The position numbers and the translations under genes are program-made. A stretch of DNA of 64,000 nt from Antedon mediterranea (lineage: Eukaryota; Animalia; Echinodermata), in the NCBI RefSeq assembly GCF_964355755.1, contig NC_092672.1, positions 19,233,237-19,297,236 of the forward strand. Reading direction: 5' to 3'. The notes under the pieces are model-generated. The model had not been told where the DNA came from. It saw only the letters and a list, made by a program, of their open reading frames with translations, and did no database searches. Every line of letters starts with the position of its first letter. The stretch's first letter is position 1. Positions 55,401 through 64,000 of this stretch are shown in pieces.

Positions 55401-58400
55401 AAACCAGATTGGCTGCCACTTTTGCGCCATTCTAACGCATTTCTCATAACTTATTCCTGTCCATTCTTGTTATTTCTGTAATGCTTCTTTCTTTAAAAGA
55501 TGGCCACAATATTCTAACTTCTTCTTCTTAATTAAGTACACTAGTGCCCTTGTGCCAGTTTTTCTTAAAATATTTTCATTTCTAATTCTGTCTTTACAGA
55601 CATTTTTTATTGTTCGTCATATATTCATATTTCAAAAGCCAGTATCTTTCTGCTATCCTTGAATTCCTGTGATTTTAGTAACACTTTCCTACTTAAATTC
55701 TAATGTTACTCATTTTCCGTATTCTTAAACAATCTTAAATTCCACTTTTAAACTCTCGTTACTGAAAATAATTTATAGTTATAATATATAATTATTATTG
55801 TGATTTATGTAAACTGAGATGATAATTTTCACAGACTTTTATTCCATTTATTTGGTTCACTTTTGTTTCAATCTGCCTATTATATCATTCGTTGTTTTGT
55901 TGGTTGATGTATCTGGAAATAAAATAAGAACTTATAGTGTTATAGTTCATTTTATTTATGAAATACTTGATCGTTATTTATTCATTACCAAAAATTATTT
56001 GTAGTAATAAATCAAAAAGGCTATTGCTTTTTATTGCTAAAATATGAATTTTATAAATTTTAATCACCTGTATTGTTGTTAATGTTCAGGTTGAAGTGTT
56101 GGCTAGAAAGAACAAAATTGATGAAAACAAGCAATCAATACTGCTTAACTTTTTGTACGATCTCGGTGACATCATCTACTTGCCTGATAATAAATTACTA
56201 AGAAGACAAGTGGTGTTAGATCCAATGAGTTTGGTTACACTCGTTACAGCATTTATAACTGTTGTTCCACCGAAGTTTCCAGTAAGTTTCCTTAATATTT
56301 CTATTTCCTCAAAGATTGGTTTTTGCAGGTTTGGCGTTCCATAGGTACGCCAGAGTGACCAGCTTGTTCAACTCCATGACATTTGTATAGTTCTATCTAT
56401 ACAGTAGTGTCCTTTTTTAAACTCTTAAAAGAATAAGAGAATCATAACCTAAAGGACAACAATTCAATTTTTCAGTCTGGTATTTATGACAATAAATATG
56501 TTAATAGGTGTATACCATCTGTGAAGATGACCTTTTTTACATGTATTAATAATTATTAAGTAGTTGTTTCCACCTCTATTTCTATTCTATACCAGTGCTG
56601 AAATTATTGCAGTAACTAGCCTTGTGAATGCTTTCATAGTATCATTAACCCGTTAATACATATCTTACTCTGTTCCGGTCTCTTTTAGATAGATTTAAAT
56701 GTATATCTGTTCATGTTATAAATAATAACTCACAAATTTGTTTTTACTGTATGTGTGATTTTAGACAGCCATGTTTCGCGAAGCTTTCAGAAACCTTGAC
56801 AAGGGCATACTTGATGAAATGTTATTAAAGAAATTATGGAAGGAGCGTATTGATAGTGAGAACTTCCAATACTTTGTAGATCTGATGATTCGATTGGGTT
56901 TCATATGTGAGAGGATGACCTCCACTAAGCAAGCAAGTACATCCACAGTAAGTCCTATATTGTTTTTAATTTATTTTCCGTACTCCCTTCTAGGATAGTG
57001 GTAACTGTTGATGTGGTAAAATTGATTTTCAAAAAATCAAACGTGTATAAACGTTTGAATTTTATTGTATTTGTGAACATTATTTCAGAAATCAGTTGTC
57101 AAGCGATCGTTTTTGGTGGCAATGCGACTTGCTTTTGAGACGTCGTCATCCAGTGAAGTGAAATCTGTACATGATAATGACTACCATTCTATCAGCATCT
57201 ATTACGACCTTTGTGGATATCTCCCTGACGTATTGTTTCCATATTTAGTTATTGATTGCCTTAATGAATATCAAACGAAAATAAGAGATGACCCAATATT
57301 ATTACACAATTATGCAGAACTGTACGTCGACCAATGTCATAATGTGATTTTGACCCTCGTCAGAGTTTTAACAAAACAGGATGAGCGAAAGTTCTTGTTA
57401 AAGGTAACATAACATAGTAATATTCAATTATAGGCTTTAAAATTGTATTCGGTCATATTGCATGGAACACGCACATAGAGACCATATTATGTAAAACTGT
57501 CGCCAGAAATATCGTTTTTGTTCAAACTAAGAGATTGTATTCCATCTCTCTGTTTTACGTTTGCTTATAATTCTCTTGTTTTTTTCTTTCATTATTATTA
57601 TGGCATCTGCGTGTATATTGCTGAAATTCATTATTATAAATTAATTTAATAATTTAATAAATTTCAAAAAAACTCGATCATACATCACCTTTTTTACAGC
57701 TCACTATGTCGGTCGGTTGGTCGGTCGGTAAACACTAACTCAAATTTGCGCACGTGACTGCAGCCATGTATATGAACACAATGACTTATATAGTTTTAAT
57801 GTTGGGGATTTTATATTGAAATTAAAAATGGGGATATATCTAATCAATCTAAAGACACTTTGTCCTGAACTCACAAATCCACTAGTCAACCCGTCAGTCT
57901 TCCTTGTTTCATATTCCACCAAGTAGCCTCACAATGTATTCATTGGTATTTATTCATAAAACAAAACATGGCAGCAAACATGCTGAATTGCGTTTCAATT
58001 TACAAAATATGTATAAAAGACAATACAATTTAACGGTTAAGTCAGAATACTCAAGACACTATCTGAAATTGGCTACTTATATACAGTATTATATTATTAC
58101 ATTCTAATGTATATATCTTTAGGCAACAATTCAAGGTAGAAAAGCTCTTGATGAAACAACTACCACAAAATGTGAACCTTCTCCAGAAGCATGTAAATGG
58201 GTATGTTGAGACCATTACCATTGTTTATACAACATTTTACTAAATGAAATGATATAGGCAAGAATGTTATTAAAATAACTTACAATTATTTAACAGAAAA
58301 TTTCAAAATACATAGCAGTAATTTTAGTCTAAAAGAGTCTTTTATTTTTTAATCACCTTCTTTCAACTGATTCAGTATTATGTCCAACTCAGACAAGAAG

Positions 58401-59415
58401 ACTCGTCGGGGACGGAAGAAAATTAAACATTTCAAGTTTTCGCAACAAACTAAAAAGCTATCGCAAGACAACTCGTCTCGTCGGGATTCAACTCAGACAG
58501 CACCGACGAGTCAAGACGTTTCGCCGGGCCTCGTCATACGACGCTGTCTTTTTTTTGGCCTTTTTTCATACAATTAAAGTAACTGCAAATAAAATATTCG
58601 ATAGTAGAGAAGTTTTTGTAAAAACATTAATGAAACATTACAGGTTATGTCAACGCTTGAGATGTCTTTCAAACATTCTAAAGATGGTGGTAGAAGAGGC
58701 ATTGCATTCCATCGATGCATTCCGTGTGATTGTAGTAAGACATCTGAGAAGAAACATATGCAAATTCTTGGAGATTTCCAGGATGAGATGTTGCCATGCA
58801 AAGGAGATCGGATGAATGTTAAACGCTACAAGAGGCTATTTGGCAGTAAGTTCAGCAATACTAGAGTACAAATTATACAAATCACTGGTGCATTGTATTT
58901 CAGATTAAATTTCATGGGAAGGGGTTTGATGAAAACAATTTTAGATTTTGGGATCATTTGCCATAAGCAGCATTAAGTGTATACTTTTAAAGCTGCCTTA
59001 CCTATTATTGTAATAGAAGTGTAGACACATACAGGTAATGATTCAACGAATTACATTCAATAGAATTTAAAATAATAAGCATGAAGAGGTTAAAACACGT
59101 GGAACAAGATCATCATCATCATCACCCTTTATAAAATAATGGCATTTGGTGAATTACGAAAGGTTATATATCAACGAGATGACAGCCGAGTTGATATTTA
59201 ACCTTTCATCATTCACCAATTGCCATTATTTGTACCATTACTCGAATATAAAACATTCATTGCTTGTTTTATATAACATCTAAATTTCAACTGGAAATCA
59301 TCTAGGCTAATTATGTTTTTCCAACGATTCCATGTCTTGTTGGGATGTCCCCATTAATTAATCAAAATCCTATAATGATCTAAAGCTAATTTAAATGCCC
59401 TTTTTAATGAAATTA

Positions 59416-59462
<47 letters not shown>

Positions 59463-61110
59463 CAAATCGTACACAAAAAACTTGCTGCTGCATAAATCGG
59501 AAGGCAAGAATTTGGCTCTGTTGTATTTCACAGTAATTTGTACACTAGATTTTGTTTTCATCCGCGAAACGTTTTTTTTTTTTGTAAACAAAAATTTTTA
59601 ACAAGTATCGTTTAATAGTGTGTACTATTTGCACACTACTATTTAAACTACCTAGTTAAATACATGCATTCTTGTTTATTTGTATCAGCATCATTATCAT
59701 CACTATAAATGCACTTTTCATAATAGTGTATCAATAAATAGGCCAGAAAATAAAGTGTCCATTCAAGTAAGCATTCCTAGCATTTATTCAAAAGCCACTG
59801 CTGTCATCACACAAGGATGTTTACTCAGAAATACTACAACATTTCGTCATTAGTATAGTCGCATTACATGTATGTACAGTATTTGTTGTGGTTTGTTTCT
59901 AATTGGTTATAATAAGAATTGTAATTCTGAAGTGTATTCTTATTTTGTAGATGAAAGAACAAGAGAATTGATGAAGCTAGCAAAAAAACTAGGCAATGAA
60001 TGGGAACAACTGGCTTTGTCCCTTGGGTTCACTAAGGCAGAGCTTGGTGGCTTTAAATATGGCAATCATAACATGCTAGGAGCAATATTCAGCATGCTAG
60101 ACACTTGCTGCAAGAAGGCAGGTACTAGCAAGTCATGGAATATACAACTTACTAAAGCACTCAGAGAAATTGATAGACACGATTTAGCAGATGAAGTCAA
60201 AAGTAAGCTATAAACAGTGTTCTAGAAACTGCTAATCATTTTTGCCCTATCATCAGCATCCTTTCCAATTTTTTATAAATACATTTTTTTTATAATATGT
60301 TTTACGTTTCATTATAGAGTTGATGTCTATAACATAGTTTATTTTCACAACTTCTCATACAATACATTTCTTTTTTTTGTAACACCATTGTTGGTATTTT
60401 AATATTTTTTACGTTTCATTATAAGTCTATAACATAGTTTTCTTCATGCCATTCCATTTTGTATTATATTAAAGTTTCTTAGCAGCTTTTGGTATGATTT
60501 TAACAAATAAATAAAACATTGTTCCAACAACAGCAACTAAAACATTGATTGTTTTATACTTTTATACTTTTGTACTCATTTTCATGTGCTTACAATTTAG
60601 ATAAAGAATCTCAATTATTTTCCATATATTTGGTTTGATAATGAACAACTATTTAGATTTTCAATGAATATATACAATTGCCCAGCAGGTAATTCAGTGA
60701 TATTTTGTTTAAGTAATACTGTAGTAAGACAATGTATTCTCCACATTCAACTCGTTATGAAAAAATGTTATTCCTATTAGCCTACATTAAATTTAATATC
60801 AGTGAAATCTCAAATGTGAAAGAAATAAGAGAAAAATCTTTTTGTTTTCTTAGATGAAGCATCTAAAGAATTAATGGAATTAGCCAAAAAACTTGGCAGT
60901 GAGTGGGAACAAGTTGCAATATTCCTAGGGTTTGCAAAGGCTGACCTTGATCGCTTTAAGCAAGACGATCATGGTTACTTGCTAGGAGCAATCTTCAGTA
61001 TGCTGGATGCATGGTACAGGAAGTCGTCAGGTACTATATCACAACTCATTGAAGCTCTTAAACAAGCTAACAGAAATGACTTAGCAGATGAAGTTAAATG
61101 CAGGCTATGA
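37456..61110 (+). CDS. Multi-exon ROCO-family protein: ankyrin repeats + Roc GTPase + COR + two death domains, no kinase; contains one in-frame TAG (52511-52513)
   Basis: Phase-consistent GT-AG exons: 37456-37536 (in-frame ATG 37516), 38100-38198, 39437-39535, 43853-43951 (three 99-nt ankyrin exons, e.g. NGGSPLHYAAAHSHRSVCDILIKAGADVNLPNN), 44733-44852, 46197-46299, 46483-46518, 46997-47162 (P-loop GQEGVGKT), 47252-47355 (switch I TDGI), 48969-49099, 51268-51336, 51538-51565, 51967-52016, 52234-52258, 52464-52612 (G3 IWDHGGQ), 53665-53754 (AVYVVVFDLS), 54061-54240 (ILIVGTHK), 54681-54923 (IPLKW), 56090-56281 (LNFLYDLGDIIY...VVLDP, COR), 56765-56947, 57089-57403, 58123-58200, 58644-58845, 59951-60202, 60854-61110 (TGA). 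The 5' end is uncertain. Confidence 0.88.
38100..44852 (+). CDS. Ankyrin-repeat exons of the ROCO gene (4 repeats, one per phase-0 exon)
   Basis: DSDTALILGASFGNVSICQSLIDAGANVTLQDK; NGGSPLHYAAAHSHRSVCDILIKAGADVNLPNN; KGHSPLTGAALYGNFDICKALVRAGANVNHQTD; KGNTALHSCARS... The first three exons are exactly 33 codons. Confidence 0.9.
38279..38733. mobile_element. MITE
   Basis: ctatactttcgtactttgagaaaagg / ccttttctcaaagtagggcagtatag imperfect TIRs. Confidence 0.6.
40540..40662 (-). mobile_element. tRNA-derived SINE
   Basis: rc agctgtggcttggtggtta...gggttcaagtcc carries A and B boxes; decayed relative at ~22148-22215. Confidence 0.6.
40726..41274. mobile_element. Kolobok-like MITE with TTAA TSD
   Basis: ttaa|agatgtattgtccctt ... 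aaggaacaatacatct|ttaa. Confidence 0.75.
46997..54923 (+). CDS. Roc (Ras of complex proteins) GTPase exons of the ROCO gene
   Basis: G1 GQEGVGKT, G2 TDGI, G3 WDHGGQ-xxYQGIH, YVVVFDLS strand, G4-like VGTHKG, FAVEN, then IPLKW at the COR start. Confidence 0.9.
47675..48585 (-). mobile_element. DINE-1/HINE-like Helentron non-autonomous element(s) with (GTCN)n microsatellite
   Basis: agtcgcgtccacgcgact palindrome, gacc/gaca tetranucleotide tract and aaggccaacagcc end; nested duplicate end at 47675-47786. Confidence 0.7.
49438..49818. repeat. Inverted copy of the 980-1460 repeat inside a ROCO intron
   Basis: Direct comparison with 980-1430. Confidence 0.85.
56090..58845 (+). CDS. COR domain exons of the ROCO gene
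   Basis: LLNFLYDLGDIIYLP...VVLDPMSLV, GILDEMLLKKLW...DLMIRLGFIC and GYLPDVLFPYLVIDCL match COR patterns. ORF-track fragments 56096, 56771, 57113 and 58647 are these exons. Confidence 0.85.
59420..59459. repeat. (TA)n microsatellite
   Basis: About 20 TA units. Confidence 0.95.
59951..60213 (+). CDS. Death domain exon A
   Basis: LMKLAKKLGNEWEQLALSLGF...AIFSMLDT...LTKALREIDRHDLADEV; acceptor ttgtag ends at 59950; internal donor gtaagc at 60203; TAA ends at 60213. Confidence 0.88.
60854..61110 (+). CDS. Death domain exon B (terminal)
   Basis: LMELAKKLGSEWEQVAIFLGF...AIFSMLDAWYRK...LIEALKQANRNDLADEV; paralogous to exon A with the same phase-1 acceptor. Confidence 0.9.
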
Positions 61111-61214
61111 AAACAATGATTGTTTGAATGTCACTGCCTACAACCAGCAGTATCAGCACCGTCACTGCCATTTAAATAATGTTGACTTGTGCATTTTTCT
61201 ATTGTGTATATTAA

Positions 61215-62170
61215 AATTAAATGTCATTCACCAATGCATTGATTAGTTTTCTTGGTTGTACTCTAACCTTCCAGTTCATTTGTATTGTTTACAATAACTC
61301 AACAGTCTCACAATAGATTGTAAATCAATTAAATGTAATTCACCAAGGCATTGATTGGTCTTCTTGGTTGTATTCTAACCTTCCAGTTCATTTGTATTGT
61401 TTACAATAACTCAACAGTCTCAAAATAGATTGTAAATCAATTAAATGTAATTTACCAAGGCATTGATTGGTCTTCTTGGTTGTACTCTAACCTTCCAGTT
61501 CATTTGTATTGTTTACAATAACTCAACAGTCTCACAATAGATTGTAAATCAATTAAATGTAATTTACCAAGGCATTGATTGGTCTTCTTGGTTGTATTTT
61601 AACCTTCCAGTTCATTTGTATTGTTTACAATAACTCAACAGTCTCACAATAGATTGTAAATCAATTAAATGTAATTTACCAAGGCATTGATTGGTCTTCT
61701 TGGTTGTATTCTAACCTTCCAGTTCATTTGTATTGTTTACAATAACTCAACAGTCTCAAAATAGATTGTAAATCAATTAAATGTAATTTACCAAGGCATT
61801 GATTGGTCTTCTTGGTTGTATTCTAACCTTCCAGTTCATTTGTATTGTTTACAATAACTCAACAGTCTCAAAATAGATTGTAAATCAATTAAATGTAATT
61901 TACCAAGGCATTGATTGGTCTTCTTGGTTGTACTCTAACCTTCCAGTTTATTTGTATTGTTTACAATAACTCAACAGTCTCACAATAGATTGTAAATCAA
62001 TTAATGTAATTTACCAAGGCATTGATTGGTCTTCTTGGTTGTATTCTAACCTTCCAGTTCATTTGTATTGTTTACAATAACTCAACAGTCTCACAATAGA
62101 TTGTAAATCAATTAAATGTAATTCACCAAGGCATTGATTGATCTTCTTGGTTTTATTCTTACTTTCCAAC
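61215..62170. repeat. Minisatellite, 112-bp unit, ~8.5 copies, just 3' of the ROCO stop
   Basis: taaatcaatt recurs at 61321, 61433, 61545 and onward. Confidence 0.95.
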
Positions 62171-63502
62171 TCATGCTAGTAGACTGAAAACAAATACACA
62201 GTTGTGTGCACAATTTAAAAGTTAAATATGAGCACCTGCAATACCATAAGTTACAATTTACAACGTTCATATGAATTCGTTAAAATATTGGTATGTTGCA
62301 ACTTGAATTGGATAAATCATATCAACAATTATGGCGGCAGTACACAACCACATTGATGGATTGGAAGTTGAAGGATTTTTAGATTTACAATTGCAACCAA
62401 TCAAACTGTACAACAGTATGTTTGTAAATATCATTTGTTTTGTATATCCTTGTTGTCCTTTATTATTAGTATAATACAGAATATGTGCATTTCCAGTTTC
62501 AAACTTATTAACATTCACTTGGAAACAAAATAATGTATACATTATAAAGTGTCGATCATTTAATCATAATTAAGTATAAATGTTAGTTACAATAAGAATA
62601 TTCTGCAATTTTAACGCCACTTTGTAAACTTTTTTTTTAAATTTAATTTGTTTACTGCCATATAATTAAGTTTAGTTTTTAGATGTTTGTTTTACTTTTT
62701 TTTCTGAATAAAGAAACCTTTATATTAAATCAAACCTTTATTATATCAAAAGAAACTAACTAACTTACTAGATAGAAAATGAAAACCATTTATTCTACGA
62801 TTCTACAATATTTTATGAGAGACCGTATTATATAGGAATCAGTTTATAAAATGTAGTGTTTAACTATCTGTCGGTTATTTTGTACTCCAAAGCAGATGTA
62901 TTTTGTGATGTAGTTAAATATCTATGGACGTTTTATTACGAAAGGAAAATTATAAAACACATTTTAAATATTTTTATATCACTATTTTGAATTTAAAGTA
63001 TCTAATTTACAGTACTAAATTGTTTATATTTGTATGATAAAATATTATAAATGAATAAAAGCGGGATGATATTTCCATGAAATATTTTTGAATACCGTGA
63101 TAATAATTTGTATATTTTGAGCTTAATTCATTTTAAATCTGTGTCGTTGTAAGAAGAGAACACCTCAAGTATTGCATCCGCGTCTCTTTGGTTGCCGTTT
63201 AAATATCACGTCATCGTTCATCATCATTGCCGTTCGTGTTCATTATCATTGTAACTATCGTCATTATTATCAAATCATTTGTCACCATCATTCGAAACTG
63301 CATATTAAAATGCAACATATTTTTTCGGAATTCTGTGGAGCAATTTGTACGAATGCGTGTCTTTAAATTATCTCTAGACTTCAAAAGTACATAATTAAAT
63401 GCACCGTGCAGGAATCAGTAACTTCCAGAAAGAGATCCAAATACTTTGAGGAACTCTAAGCACGCCGAAAAAAAACAACTCATCATGGTGAAGTGAACAT
63501 GA

Positions 63503-63610
63503 ACAAGGCCAACAGCCATAAGTCGCGTGCTAAAACGCATAGTGATACCGGACCGACAGACCGACCGACCGACATAGTGAACTATAGAGTCGCGTCCACG
63601 CGACTAAAAA
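63503..63610 (-). mobile_element. Short copy of the same HINE-like element
   Basis: aaggccaacagccataagtcgcgtgc...gtgaactatagagtcgcgtccacgcgactaaaaa, nearly identical to 47675-47786 and 48465-48585. Confidence 0.75.
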
Positions 63611-63769
63611 TAGTAGGCAAACATCATGAGTAAAAAAAGGTCACGATAACTGGTGTGTAATACAAAATTGCTCAGTTGACCATAAATACAATAATATGAT
63701 AATACGTCATAATCATCGTAACCAACAACATTAAATAGTTAGATTATTCCTCATGAATGTTATAAATAA

Positions 63770-64000
63770 TAAACTGGATGAAGCTACTCTAAATAAATAT
63801 AAAGTTTAGATAGGAGTTAAACGCTTAATGATGAGACCAGTGAGTTTGCAGAATTTGATAATTACCAACTTAATACAAAAAATAGAAAGACAAAAAGGAG
63901 GTGGTCTATATTGACAACGGAACTATTATGTGAGACACTTACCAACCACAACAAAAGGAGGTGGTCTATATTGCCAACGGAACTATTATGTGAGACACTT
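63770..64000 (+). mobile_element. Degenerate LINE endonuclease fragment with a 60-bp tandem duplication, running off the window
   Basis: ...FDNYQLNTKNRK...KGGG-like segment; aaaggaggtggtctatattg repeats 60 bp apart. Confidence 0.4.

Noticed and set aside
58376-58577. Extra ROCO exon or basic ORF MSNSDKKTRRGRKK
   Set aside because: Exons 58123-58200 and 58644-58845 already join in frame; no convincing donor; the segment looks like a small repeat.
59391-59601. ORFs with poly-(IY)
   Set aside because: They span the (TA)n microsatellite.

Overview
AT-rich, intron-rich, repeat-dense animal genomic DNA, probably a marine invertebrate (inference). No prokaryotic operons, rRNA or CRISPR. Two spliced + strand host genes were reconstructed by hand from GT-AG boundaries. 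(1) An 8-exon classical short-chain dehydrogenase/reductase (FabG-like, 263 aa, 17466-23864) whose catalytic exon has a duplicated splice acceptor. (2) A ~25-exon kinase-less ROCO protein of ~1,100 aa (37456-61110) with architecture ankyrin repeats - Roc GTPase - COR - two tandem death domains. It has a micro-exon-encoded insert inside Roc, an atypical G4 motif and an in-frame TAG that splicing might bypass. The first 15 kb hold two exons of a G2E3-like HECT ligase, a disrupted APE-RT LINE and a disrupted IS3EU-like DDE transposase. Other elements include a Penelope-like insertion with inverted pLTRs and minimal hammerhead ribozymes, hAT (5-bp TSD), Kolobok-like, Helentron-like and other MITEs, SINEs, several minisatellites, and 18-36 bp palindromes with 7-bp TSDs that look like P-element excision footprints. 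All calls come from reading the sequence only; no database searches were run.
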